NCBI RefSeq assembly: GCF_006345805.1 | Contig: NC_043008.1 | Span: 2,728,001 to 2,792,000 of the forward strand | DNA length: 64,000 nucleotides | Reading direction: 5' to 3' | DNA from: Octopus sinensis | Taxonomy: Eukaryota | In this document: positions 13,081 through 27,065 of the stretch, piece after piece | How positions within the stretch are numbered: position 1 is the stretch's first letter | Layout: every line of letters begins with the position of its first letter | The notes under the pieces: model-generated | What the model saw: the letters and a program-made list of their open reading frames with translations, nothing else | What the model was told of the DNA's origin: nothing | The model's database searches: none | Translations under genes and position numbers: made by a program

Positions 13081-16063
13081 CCTCGGGTGCTAATGAAAAG
13101 TGAAATTTGCTGTGTGTTTGTATCTATTTCTCAAAGTTTGTTTCGATTTATGTATCTACCGTCTTTTTAGTTTCTCTCTTTCTCTTTCACTTAGTTTGTG
13201 TCCCTCTTCTCTTCCACTTTTGATTTTACAATGTATATATATATATCTATGTATCTACTTCTCTTGCGATGAATGCCCTTACCACTCACTGTCTCTTTCA
13301 CTCTCGCTCTCTCTCCCACGTTATCTCTCACTCTCTCTGCCTCTTACTTCTCTGTCCTCCACTCTCTTTCGCTTTGCCACTTCTTTGAAGTACGTGTGAC
13401 ACACACAACCGGTACATACAAAAACAAAAAGTTAGCGTATTAATATTATTTATTACAGAACAATATTTTGTCACCATTTCATTCATGACTGAAACAGTTT
13501 TACAACGAAGAAAACATATATCGGTCAAATGTCACAACGAAGATAATGATGTACAAATTCAATTATTGTTTTATTATAATCGAATACTGATTTCTTTCCA
13601 CTATTCTTTTCGTTTTTTTTCCTTCCAAAACAACTGGTTTCGGATTTATTTTTTCATAAATATACACATATAAATATAATATAGTATACTATATTATATA
13701 TACTTTCTGATTAAATTCGAGAAAAGGTATTTCAAAAATAAGTGACCTCACTATAATTTTTCAGACATTCAAAATTGTCTTCTACAGGTACGTTATTTAT
13801 AAACTAAAATGTATTATTAATTATTGCCAACAAAATAAAACGTTTATTCAGTAGAGCAAGGCAACATCAGTAGCAATTATATAAAGCATTTATAATAAAA
13901 TGAAATATTATTACAAATAATATCTCATGCTAATATGTTGTAAAGCGAATTCTTGCACCTTTGGGGTCAAGAATTTCATATTTGAGAAACATGCTTGCAG
14001 AGAATGCACTCATATTGAAACCTCAAACAAAATATAAACTATACCTACATGCTTTGTCATTGTACCGTAGATTAGAGGGCACCGTTCTCGAGTGCTACGA
14101 AAGGAAAGCATTTATTGGATACTGTTTTCAGTAGAGTGGAATTAAATCAAAATTATTCACAAAACTTTTTGATCACTGGAGTTACATCACAAGATGTATG
14201 TGTCCTCAAACTTAACCAAAATCATTTCGAAGTAAATAAGAACAAAAATATCTCAGTATATGAGGTTAACTCGTGATATACTATCAGAAAAATCACATAT
14301 ATTCTGTGCTGAATATAAAATGTAAAACGGTGTATCATGGCACTCTGTAATTTTCATTTTCCACAACCAGTGATAATTGAAATAAAAAGATTACTAACAC
14401 TTTTTGAAAATTACCAAATAAATATTAGAGCAAGCGCTTGTGGTTTTCCAATTTAATACAGACACAAAAATAAGGACCTTCTCAAAATTGTCTGGAAACT
14501 TCAATTCGTTTTCGCAGCTTTGCTTTCTTGTTAGCAAACTATTATACAGGCTGAAGAAAGAATGCTGTTTCAAATACATCAACAAGGATGCAATATCATT
14601 TGGGATGTATTTTATGAAAAGTGTAATCATAAGATTGACCATCGTGTAAACTATAATTCCCGTGAAAGGAAGAAGGATACATTTCCGACACAAAAGGAAG
14701 TTTATATTAAGCAAGTGAAAAGCTGAATCAACATGCTACCACTTCCCTGGTTGTTTCAATGATAATAAAATATCAAGAGTGAGTAGAATGAAACATACAT
14801 TTTGCAGCCCAAAACGTATGTTGTAATAGACTTAAATTATCGAAAAAGAAGAATTCATTAAACTATGTACGAAACTTTTCAAAACTAAAGAGTAATATAA
14901 CGCGCAATTCCATTTGGACCCATTTATGGATAAAGGGATTTCACTAATCCCTATCTACAGAGGATTTACTTTTACCTTCAAAGGTAGCAATCTAAGATAA
15001 GAGCTAAAGAGCAGCTTCATCCCAAATTTTTTCTAACAAAGTGGTATAAATCTACAAGATATTTTATTACCTTTAACCGTAGATTTTTATGTGTTAGATT
15101 CCTCTTAAAGCCGTTATTTTAAAAGCTATTTTGTATTTCATTATTAGTTAACGACTATTAAGCGATTAAACGCTGCTGAGTATATGAAACGGATTTCTCA
15201 ATACCAATTCAGTTTACATCATAAGTTATTAGAAGCTAGCCATCAACACTATATGGATATTTTTACACAGATATCGGTCTAAATATATCGGAAACTAATT
15301 AAACACAGCTAAGTAATTATATAGGTATGAATAAAAAATAATTTTGTTTATTTTGCAAAAGAAAAATAACCGATTTTGATTTGTCAATTTATATATGCAC
15401 ATACACACACACGCTCACACACACGCTAATATATTATTCTAAGAAACGGATGATTTTGGCAGTGTCTTTGAAGTTTCAGCCAGTTAACTCATTCATGCTG
15501 TTCGTTCGTTTAAACTGACAATTTATAAGGGTATAAAACAAATACTTGATACAAGTTGTGATTTGTATATATCAAAGAATAAAACATGTTCTTAACACGT
15601 ATGCAATCTGTAGCAAATGGATTTCAATGGTATTTTTTCAGTTGTTATTTAGGTTAAAATAATCGTATCTGTGAATTTTCAGCCACAAGAAAAACTTCGG
15701 CACGAATGGGTTAAGCCACTGTCCCGATATATAACATTTAGTCTTTGTCCTCATTAAAAATCTTCATTGATCGTGTAGTTCTGAGTGTAATGGTATTCAG
15801 CTTTTTAGACTGGATTGATCTGGAGATTTTATTCATGAATATATGACTTGGTAAACAAGTGAGTATGTGCATTTCTTAGGTATAATTCAGCGGAAACTAA
15901 CATCAATTTACTGCATGACAGGTCGAAACTTCCAAGTATCAGTGTCAACAACAATCGTATTTCAGAATATAATTTGTACTCTATAAAAGTATGGAGTAAC
16001 CAATAAGATTAAAGCAAAATTCTTTATATTATAACTGAACATAAAACATGCACTTACATTATT

Positions 16064-16600
16064 TATACACAGACATGCAGGAAGTAAATGGACACCTTTA
16101 ATTTTCAAAATCATTTATTTAATACGCAAAGCAAACAATTGAAATGTAATCGATAGGTAGCACTACATACTTTAGTATTTAGTTGACATTACCTTTGCAG
16201 TTTTTAATTCATAAACTCTTTTGGGCATTGGTCTGATGAGCTTTGTGATTGTCTCTTGTAGAGTTTCTGCCCACTTTTCACACACCAATTTAGATTTAGG
16301 TTTCTGTCGAGTTTTTCGGATAGCTTTATCTAGTATGTTCCAAAGATTTACAGTTGAGTTCATATCAGGAGATTGGCTCGCCCAAGGAAGCTTTTGGATC
16401 CCATTTTCAGCTAGCCATTATTGAATCCTTTTAGTTTCTTTATGTTATCGTGCGTGTGGATACCTCGGAAGTAGTCCTTCCTTAAGTATTTCGATGTATT
16501 TTTCAGAGTCTATGGTTCCAACATTCGATCAGCTCAGAACAGCCATTGCTAGTGACAGTTCCCCACACCATTACAGAGATACTATTTGTAAACCGTTCAG
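16064..16600 (-). mobile_element. Tc1-family transposase 3' fragment with one putative TIR
   Basis: Minus strand VMVWGTVTSNG, KYIEILKEGLLP, WLAENGIQKLPWASQSPDMNSTVNLWNILDK...ITKLIRPMPKRV...AKVMSTKY* (WPSQSPDLNPIENLW motif); AATAAA near 16113-16118 and a TACAC-type end near 16064-16097. Confidence 0.85.
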
Positions 16601-17459
16601 TGTAATTATCAATGTTCAGAGCCTACCAGACTTCAAGGCTCACTGGACAAAGAAACTCATTGATGGACCTAAAAATCAATACGGCTAATGGGAAATCTAG
16701 TAACGACAGTATTTGTATTCTATAAGAAGGATTAGGAAGAAATATAAAGGTATAAAACCATCTAGTAAATGACCATCATTTTATGCAGTAAACATGCAGA
16801 TATGAATATTATACGATGTAAGGTAAATTACAGTGTATATCAGATAAATATTTGTGTATAACACAGAATAGGGCTTTAGAGCAGATGAACAGGTGAAAGT
16901 ACAAAGAAAAACAGCTATAATATGCTTTCGTCAAAATGCCGGCATGATTGAAAAATCCTTAGTTTTTTTCTTATATAAAGGGTATAAGGGACCGTGATGT
17001 ACATTTTCCTAAGACAGTGTAGCCAGTGTAATGGAATCAATACATGGAATTGGAAAATATGTATACGAATGCAGGCAAATCCGTTTTCCATTTCATGAAA
17101 AATGTTTTTGTGCATATGTAAAAAGGCTAATATTGAACTATTGCCAAATATAGTCCTTGAATGCAAAGATAGGTAATATAGAAATACATGGGTTCAATAT
17201 GTGATTCTGGATGCATAGATGCAAACCTGAGCGGTGGAGCGCAAATAATTTATTTAAATAGAAGAGAGAAATCTGTGCTGCTACAAACAGATGGTGCATT
17301 AGAGGGATGCCAACGCTCTAAAGGTGTCAGATGACTTATGAAAGAACTTCCATAGGAGGTGAATGGAATTATGGAAGATTTGGTGAAAGCTTACATCAGG
17401 TGGTTGAATGCTACGAACGAACGGCAGGAAATCTTAAAGTCAAGAAAATGTAGATGAGA

Positions 17460-17562
17460 AAAGGAAATTTGACCCCGGTGGAATTTAAAATAAGAACATA
17501 AAGACGAAAAAATGCATTAGCATTATGTCCGGTTTGCTTGCGATTCGGCCAGTTCCACACTT
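17460..17562 (-). mobile_element. SINE family B 5' fragment
   Basis: gaatttaaaataagaacataaagacg...cgattcggccagttc is the inverse of the family B head. Confidence 0.55.
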
Positions 17563-17774
17563 AATAATGTCGTTCATACTGGAATGTATTTTATATTTGC
17601 ATTGGTGTGTTTGGTTGTATGCGTGTATGAGTGCGTGAATATTTTGTGTATACGATCACCCTCTGTATGTACCAGTGCTGAAATGTTTAATATTCCAACA
17701 TACACAGCTACATATGCATACATACGGACACTCACAAACACAGACACTCGCACACGCATACACCCAGACACACA

Positions 17775-17787
17775 TAGATAGATAGAC

Positions 17788-17846
<59 letters not shown>

Positions 17847-17857
17847 TAGATAGATAA

Positions 17858-17933
<76 letters not shown>
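17775..17933. repeat. (GATA)n/(GACA)n microsatellite
   Basis: Seen directly. Confidence 0.97.
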
Positions 17934-18110
17934 TGCGTAAAGTGCAAGAACACCGTAAGGGGAATTTCTCTAAACTTGTTCAATTATCGAAAACAATTAT
18001 TTCTACATTAGTTTATCGAAATAAACTATACACATGATAATTAATTATTCACCTCAGCTATCTATGAACTCTATAAAACATTATCAACAATTCATGTAAT
18101 ACCATCGAAA

Positions 18111-18507
18111 TGTACTATATCTATTATAAACCAGACATCCTGTCTGTTCGTCCGTGATCCCAGTAACTCAAGTTATATTTGTTCTACACAGACGTATATT
18201 GTTTTAGGAATCAGGAAGATCCCCGGATTGAAAATCAACTCTTCGTTCTGGTCTTGAACCTCCAGCATTGGGATCAGGTCTCGATGAGTTTTGTTATTGC
18301 TAACATTGAAAATACAATTTTCTTTTAATTCCTAAATTTTGTGAACATTCAAGTTTTTCATTTAAACTGAATTTAAAGTAATACATATCGGCAGTGTTCC
18401 AATAAATGCTTTAATATTATTGTTCCCAATAGCTTTGAGCTACAAGTCCAATTATCCCTCTACAGGAGTTAGCTAAAAATCCGCACGGAATGTGGTTTTC
18501 CGGGTAG
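18111..18507 (+). mobile_element. Putative decayed non-autonomous Helitron
   Basis: 5' a|tgtactatatctattataaa...ctgtctgttcgtccgtga (TC changed to TG) and 3' hairpin ccgca-cggaa-tgtgg followed by gtag|t (CTAG-like). Confidence 0.45.
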
Positions 18508-18754
18508 TTCTATATAAGACTATAGATATCGCCTGCATAAAGATTATTTGTAAGTTAATATTTTGTATTTGCCTCTCTTATTTGGTTCTTATTCAATACA
18601 ATTACACGGACACATCTGCCACAAGAAGTTTTCAAAGTATCAACCAAAAGGCTATATTGAGCTTTTTCTGACACTTCATGACCTAAGTTCAATGATGGTC
18701 ACTTTATTGCTTTCCTTGATTTTGAAATCAATAAGCAAAGAGATGGTTGAATCT

Positions 18755-18950
18755 GTGAAAAACGGGATAAACGTTTTACCGGCATTTATTCTGGCTTTAT
18801 GTTCTGAGTTCAAATACCGTCAAGTTTGCCTTTCATCTTTTCGGGGTTGGTGAAAAACAGCACCAGTTAAAGGGCGGGGTGCCGATGTAATCCTATAGCC
18901 CTCACCCAAAATTTTCAGTCCTCGACCCTATAGTAGAAAAGATTATTCTC
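18755..18950 (+). mobile_element. SINE family B
   Basis: ggcatttattctggctttatgttctgagttcaaataccg...tttgcctttcatctttcgggg. Confidence 0.7.
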
Positions 18951-19943
18951 AAGTCGACAGCTTAAATTACTATCCCTGAGGGGTGTATTATCGAAATGCA
19001 TATTGTTTTACAAATGGCGTTAGGTTAATTGTTACGGCATTATATATCTTAGTGCCAAGATTTACTGTATCTTGCCTAGCGGTAGATTCGTTTAGACTCA
19101 ATTCGGCCACGGTTGAATGTGAAATGTTAAAACCAAACACGAAATGTCTGAAGCTGGATCTGAATTTATTTGGATAATGAAGGCAATTATTGGTGGTAGT
19201 GCAAACAAGTGAATACTTAATTTGTATGGTCTTCACATAATTAACGAATAAATATTTTGATTTTCACGAATACCAATAAGTAACTTTAGAGAAGGAAGAT
19301 GCAGTGACTTGGATGGAGATGTAATGATGTTAGATCTCCTGGTTTTCGGGATCCCAGACGAGAACAATTACCGATATTCTATGATTTTATTATTTGTTAT
19401 TTTTATTTAAATTATCTGATGTTGTTTGAGGAATAAATATGCAAACTGAAAAATTAAACACACGCGCTTGCGCACGCATATATCACAGGCATAAATGAAA
19501 ATGATGTTGATTCTTATACTGAAGAAATGAGAAATCTAATAATTGATTGTGGATATGATGGTTAAGATGGCAAGGCGTTGACGGTGATAGAGTTTTAAAC
19601 TGTGAGAGTGGAGATATTAGGAGAACTGTTTTAGTGGTATCGGCAGTGGTGGAGTTGTTGAGGGAAGAACACATCTATTTAGATTTACTAATTCATGGTA
19701 TTTACTCATTTCAAATACAAATAGTTTCTGCAGAAAATTTTAATGTATTTGCGAATACAATCTTCAGATATATCTTGTAAAAAATTTTAAATGGAAAAAC
19801 ATTTTACAAGTCTCTACAAATATATGGATGAGGGTTATTTGTTTCATGTTTAAAGTTTTATCTCCATCACAAGTGTTCTTGCGATTTATGTTCTGCAATT
19901 TATATGTTATTCTAAGTAAATGGAAGACAACTATAGTTTTATG

Positions 19944-19979
<36 letters not shown>

Positions 19980-22795
19980 ATATGTATGTGTGTGTGTGCG
20001 TGTGTGTGTGTGCATGTAACTATCTATGCATCCATGCATACATTCATAGACACACATAAATACACACACATACATAGAGAGAGACACATGGGTAGATGCA
20101 TGTATGTATGATTCTAAGTTAGCATTGTTACATATACATACATACACACACACATATATATATATATACATGTGCATACACTAGACAGAGACATACTCAC
20201 GCACTCACGTTCATATGCATACATACATATGTATAAACACATGCATAAAAACATAGATACATGATCATAACAGATTTTAAAATGATTCGGACAAGATATG
20301 AAGTAACAAGCTGTTACATCATATTTTTCGTAATTCCCGGGAAAGCGTGGCTTATCCTTTGCTTCTGTCCCCATAATTTTAACTAATCCAATAACAACAA
20401 TACAAAGTATGTAGCCCTTAAAACGGTTTTTGTGCATTTACAGGGAATACAAAACTGCCATGTACAGGATATTGTTCTTAGGAATTCTCAATATGTTATG
20501 AATGCCCTGATTGTGAAATCAGTTATGTAATAAGATGAAATTAGTTACTTGATAGTAAGAATTCAAATAAAGTAGCCCCGAAAAGGGCTTTAATGCGTTT
20601 CCAGAGCATATTGAACTTAGGAGGAAATATTAATAAGGTATGTATGCTAAATTCGTGAAGCATGTTACGTAATGACATGCTAATCAGATATGAGATAATA
20701 ACAATTCAAAGTGAATAACTCTGAAAATGTTTTTTGTGCGTTCCCAGAGAATATTACCCTCAGCGGTGCTAGTGTTGGTATATTCGTGAGTAAGTCACTA
20801 ACTGAAATAAATGGATCTATTGTTTAGGAAAATACTAGTTAGTTGTTTAAGCGTTGTACTGGATAAATTCCAAAAATAACTCTAACAGTTCAGACACTAA
20901 GAAATAAGCATACTCAATTTAATATATGCCAAATTATTTAGGAAAATGAATGGGTATTTCTATTGCCTGTTAAAATCTGGCCGAACGGGTTATACACCTT
21001 GACTGATAAAATGAAATAAGATATTTAAGGAGCCCTTCCAGGAGCCCTATCCCCGAATTTTTCAACAATATGAGTATGCCATGTGGCTTCCACGTATGAG
21101 GTCTACTCATGTGTAATGTTTCGTAACTAAAACAACCCTGGTATCGATGAGAGAAGTCGTTTGTTGGATGGGTACATATATGTCTCCTCTTTCATCGGTC
21201 TGTAAACATTCAAGACCTACCAAACATACTGTGCGTATGTGTGTGCGTATCACGTGTTATTGCTTTCTTAGAACGTGGTGGCGTAGGGAAATATTCAATG
21301 ACCTCCATTTCCACGAACTCCGTCTCACGCAAGTAATTCTTCCCGACGGCAGAATCAAACTTACGTTTCGAATGACATAACTAAATTTATTTTAGATCGT
21401 TTCTTTTCTCTCCTTCAATAAATAGCATAAATGGATTAACTTCTTCCATATTGTGGATAACTCTCGCCACCTGAACCAAATAAACACACAAACACATACA
21501 CAGCACACACACAACACAATCATGTACATACATTCATACACAGATATAATATATCTTGTGCATTGAGTGAAACAAGTAAAAGTAAAGATGGCAGACAGCT
21601 TCGACCTGAGTCAGCTTTGAACGGACAATAATAATCATCAGTAGAAATATCCACTACCTATATGGGCAATTCTGTCTGTGAGGGTGGTTGTGGAGTTGTT
21701 AGCTAACTCCTCCTACTTCGTTCTATCGATTTTGATGAAACTTTACACGTAATATATTGATTTCCAATGTGCTACAACTGGCTTGGGCACTACTCTAATT
21801 ACTGGTATGATAGCTATGATAGCTATGATATACAAAACATATATAGGAGAAATCATGATAAACGTGTTTCCACATTGTGGCTATTTGAAGCTCTGCGTTG
21901 GATTCCAGCTGCATTGGCTTAGCAGGAAAAATACAACATGCGTGTGCACTCAAATGCATTCACACAAAGCATTGCACACACATTTATGTAAATATATATT
22001 TTCTGAATAATAAGTGTTGGAATTTCAATCAGCTGTTTGTTCTGCACTCGTCATTTCTACCAACTCCGCAATGTAGTTTCGTTGCTGCTTCCACTACAAA
22101 ATGTTTCTACAGAACTCACAACTCGCTACAATATTAAATTGAACAATGAAACTATTTTCAGGAAGAATTTTTCAATTCTATTTGCATTACTTTACTTTAG
22201 AAATATTTATATATTTAAATACAGAAACATCAATAAACATATGAAGTGTAAAGATATTCCATAATTTAAAATTAATCAATATAATTGAAATTAGAAAAAT
22301 ATGATAAATGAATTTACACTTAGACTGGTTTGTATTTTGTTTTGTAATTCACCAAAATATTGTGCAAATACTTTCTGAGTGAAGACAAAGCGTACAGTTT
22401 AGAGAAACGAAAGTTACAAGAAATCAGTGAATTTATACAAGAATTCCATGGTTTTACCAATGTTTTGTATAAAGCTATAGAAATAAACCTGTTATTATTT
22501 TATAAACTGAAAAGATAATTTTCAAATAAAAGTACATATCAATATGTTATACTAAAACTATCGAATTGTGCAACTGTTTTATGATACAGAACAAATATAT
22601 AAAACTTTGGAAGTAGAACATGCAGCGCATAAATCTTTCAATATAATGAGCTTTATCAAATTGTCCATATAATTTGTAGAAGACATATGACCGAGCGCTA
22701 ATATGAAAAGAATAAAAGTGGAATTACAGGACATTGTACGTTCTCCCATATCTGACTTACGTTCAGTGGAATTTACCGTTGGAATCCGTATTATT

Positions 22796-22836
<41 letters not shown>

Positions 22837-22926
22837 GAGAGCGAGAGAGAGAGAGAGAGGGAGGGAGAGAGAGAGAAAAAGAGAGAGAGAGATGTTGGTA
22901 TGTGCTTGTATTTCGTTTATGCAGCG

Positions 22927-23200
22927 ATCAGACTCTGGACGTTTCTACCGAAGTTAATCCTCTTCATCATATTTCTGATTCTAGCTCTAATTTATCACTC
23001 GTATCTCTAATATTCTAGTCTTGGTGGAGTCAACTGTTAACAAATTAAATTCTCCTCTCGGAAGATCATGTCGTATCCTGGTATCCTTTTGTCTCACAAT
23101 ATTTCGGCTCAACCACACTTTTGGTCACCTATGTATCAAATTACGATGTGTGTCCGCCAGTATATTCGATCTAAAAATCGTAATACCTTTTAGCTGTAAT
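22927..23200 (-). mobile_element. Probable Penelope-like element relic with degenerate hammerhead
   Basis: Minus strand (A)TGATGA...GAAACGTC flanked by atcaga/tctgat pairing (22927-22979); upstream remnant AEIL*DK...YDMIFREEN weakly resembles the C-terminus of the PLE GIY-YIG domain. Confidence 0.4.
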
Positions 23201-25289
23201 ATTCAATATATCAAGCGACTATATACTGGTCTCGAATCAATACATGTTCGGATGGTGGCTATTACTACATACCTGACGGAATGTTATTTAGAGTTTTGAA
23301 AATGTTGTTTTTAGCAAATGTTAATCACGAATCAAATATTTAGAATGAAAATAGAAAACATATTGATAAAATCTTATCTAGCCTTTCTTGTTTGGAATTC
23401 AAATAAGTTCTATTATTTTGCCGAGATTAACGGCATCTATCATCTCACTTTGTGTCATATACAGAGTCGATAAACCAATTAAATTAAATTGTTACAATAT
23501 TTAGAATTCATTTCAGTGACAAATTTGAAAGAAAAGTTGCAGTTTCACATGCAACGTCTCTGCTATCTGTTGTTACAATTTAATAGAATAATATAGATTT
23601 CTAAATTAGAGATGATTGTTTTCTGCTTTCTTTTTTTGTTAGTAATGTTCCGTGGTTTATAATGGAGAAGGTGACTGATCACTTCGCATATCCATGTAAC
23701 ATTTCTTCTAATATTTCAAGTTTCACAGTGTTAAGAAAGAACGGTTCAACGATTCCCTTTTGACATATCCTGACAGAAAATGATCACATCACAAAAGATA
23801 TATAGGTTACGTCTGTGCGTGTGTGTGCATTGGGCATCACATTCTTTCTATAATCACTGCATGACCCAGTGGAGAAGTGGCTAATGTTTACCCTTGGACA
23901 GATCTTTCCAACGTATACATGTGATTCAGTGCAAACGTTGTGTGTCTAAATACCATGATTGGTTTGACCTAATAGGCCTTATTCTGCATGAGCCCCATAA
24001 AGAGAAGCCAAAGTGAGATATATTTTCCATTGTCTGTAGGGCTATTCTGTTATCTTTACGAATTGTATCACACCCACATTGTTTAATGCAATCTCATTCA
24101 GATTTGTAATCATCTCCTCACTCAGGGTTACTGACTTAGACAAATGCCTTGCAAATTTAGCATTATCATCACACATCAGGTGTAATAAAAGTTAAAGTTA
24201 TCTTTTACAATTACTTAAAACGTATATAAGGAATCAGAATCGGGCATATAGGGAGTAAATGTCTTTGGAAAATATATATCATTGTTTTATAATCTTCAGG
24301 TTCTTCCATACAAGGAAAGGCCGACTGGATGATGAAGAGTTACAAACAAAAAAATGTTTCTTCCGTAAATCGGTATTGAATATAAGCATAAAGATGCACA
24401 TTCTCACACATATCGTACTAGAAACACAACATTCATTCTCAGCGGGTTTAATGCCTGTTGATATACTTTAGAATATTGAAGACTCAGTAAACACGTATAT
24501 AACGAGTGTCTAATCATTTGATCGAGTCGTGACAGGAGAAATTCATTTATATATTTCCTTATTTCCATATGTGGAAATACCACTAAGCATATATTGATCT
24601 GTATATATGTATGTTGGGCCCTCAGCCACAACTAGTAACATTTTATTTAAACACTTTTCCCGTTTTATATTGCGTCGTATAGATGTTTGCATGATATATA
24701 TACATATATATTGTGAGAGAGAGAGAGAAATAGGCAGAGAGAGACAGGCATACAAACAGATAGATTGTTAGATAGATAGGTAGATAGATAGATAGGTAGA
24801 TAGATATATAGACAGTGAGAGAGATTTGAATGCATGTATGGAATTTCTACAAGTATATATGAAATATGTAGACATTTATACAAACTTGGTCGTCCATATA
24901 CAACAAAGAAGTAATTGCACATACACACGCCAATACATATACTTATGAGTTTATGCGTTTGTGTATAAAGCAAAGCGTACATTAGTCGAAAAAAGAGTAT
25001 AAACGAAAAGGGGAAATCTATATTCGTTGACAACAAAATAAAATGTGTCCATTACAGCATTATAAATGCAGACATATACAATGGGCATCATTACAAAATT
25101 TTCATGTTCGAGAAATTTCTTCTCATAACTTTGACGAGTAGTATTTCTCCGCTGATATCGTCAGTTCTTTTTTTATATTCTCAACAATCCATATGGATAT
25201 TTGTCTAAATTCACTTCTTGCATACTAGCATTCTACAGCCATTGCACACGTATAAGCACATGTTACTCACACATCGATGCATATACGTG

Positions 25290-25486
25290 TGTGTGTAGGC
25301 ATATATATATATATATTATATATATATATATATTATATATATATATATACACACATATATACACATAGACACATATATATAATACGTTTATACATATATA
25401 TGCCTCTATATGAAGATGCATATATATATAATATATATATATGTGAATGCATATGTATATATAAACATACATCTGTATCTATCAAT

Positions 25487-25518
<32 letters not shown>

Positions 25519-25602
25519 CATACATACCTATATATACATATGCATATATACATACACACTCACACACGCATACAGGTATATATATATACATACATACATA
25601 TG

Positions 25603-25667
<65 letters not shown>
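25290..25667. repeat. (TA)n/(CATA)n microsatellite block
   Basis: Seen directly. Confidence 0.95.
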
Positions 25668-25668
<1 letters not shown>

Positions 25669-26667
25669 GTGCATTTGTATCTATCCGCTGTATTGTGTAT
25701 AGGTACAAAAGACGTAAAGACGTTTACTTTGTGGGATTCATTTAATGGATTACAAAGAATAGAAAAAAACATCTGAAAATAGATAAATTTAAAATAAGAT
25801 TTGCTTTAGACTCACATTGGAAATTCTTTTATACTGTTTAGGTAAAAGAAGAAATCTTTTCAAACTATCTGTCGTATTTAATGATGTGTATGAACTCGAA
25901 ATAATAATGATTTCTCGCGTGGAAAATGCATTATCAGTGTAATGGTCCATAAACTACTTTATAAACGGATGGTCAACAGAAGATATGAACATATAAACAG
26001 CAAGGAGAGTTAGTTTTTATTCATTATCTATGTAAAGATTCCATACAACGTTTAGTCTGTGATTATTTTTTTGTCATGTCCCTTCATATTATTTTGTTCT
26101 GTTTAACAGTTTCATTAATGAACTTACTGCAAGATACAATTATTTAGGTTTAAAGTATTTAGAGTGTTTTACGTTAATACTAGCGATATATGTTTTCCAT
26201 TTTATCTGTCAGACATGCAATGACCGACAACAGAATATTATAGCGTAGTTTACTGTGTGTCTGAAAACATATGCTCAGGTTGCTAATGAAAGTATAAGGG
26301 TTCCGTGGACGTGTGTGTGGTGATCGCGTTTTATTCATCATCAACCAACGAGTGATAATTTGACATGCAGCTGTTTCGAGAATCTTGTCTTACTCATTTT
26401 TGCCTCCTCTTCGTTGCATGGTCTGTCGTTTGAGATTTTGCTAATGATTTTCTAAAAGTTAATATTATCAATATTTTTTGAAATATGTTTCTTTATAGTA
26501 CAGCTTTTAATAACTAGAAAGTAGCTGCTGTTCAGTATCACTCCGTTAACAAATATGAGGAATTTTATCGATTTTATCGTACATTTTTACTAATATTGTG
26601 ACAGTCATACTATTTCAATTGGTCGACGTTTGGGTTTCAATTTATTAGAGGCTACTACACTATTGCT

Positions 26668-27065
26668 CTTTTACACTTTTACTTGTTTCAGTCATTTGAC
26701 TGTGGCCATGCTGGGGCACCGCCTTTAGTCGAGCAAATCGACCCCAGGACTTATTCTTTGTAAGACTAGTACTCATTCTATCGGTATCTTATGGCGAACC
26801 GCTAAAACACTCCACCATCGGTTGTCAAGCGACGTAGAAGGGACAAACAGAGACACACAAACATATACACACATACATACATACACACACACGTACATAT
26901 ATATATATATATATACACATATGTATACGACGGTCTTCTTTTCAGTTTCCGTCTACCAAATCCACTCACTAGGATTTGGTCGGCCCGAGGTGGTACGGAG
27001 TCGGACTGAACACAGAACCAAGTATATAATAAGCAAGCTACTTACCACACAACCACTTTGCGCTT
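26668..27065 (-). mobile_element. Near full-length octopus-type tRNA-derived SINE (family A)
   Basis: gtttcagtcatttgactgtggccatgctggggcaccgcc...gacttattctttgtaag...ttcagtttccgtctaccaaatccactcac...gactgaacacagaacc...cttaccacacaaccact; inverse homologue of 62581-62985. Confidence 0.9.

Noticed and set aside
14530-14725. Acceptor-like ttcttgttag followed by an open stretch QTIIQAEERMLFQIHQQGCN...
   Set aside because: No convincing donor and no recognisable homology.
15908-15946. Hammerhead-like GAAAC-ttccaa-GTA motif
   Set aside because: The CUGANGA box is missing.
23850-24185. MCDDNAKF and LNLQG fragments suggestive of LINE RT or endonuclease motifs
   Set aside because: Too few matching residues to support a call.
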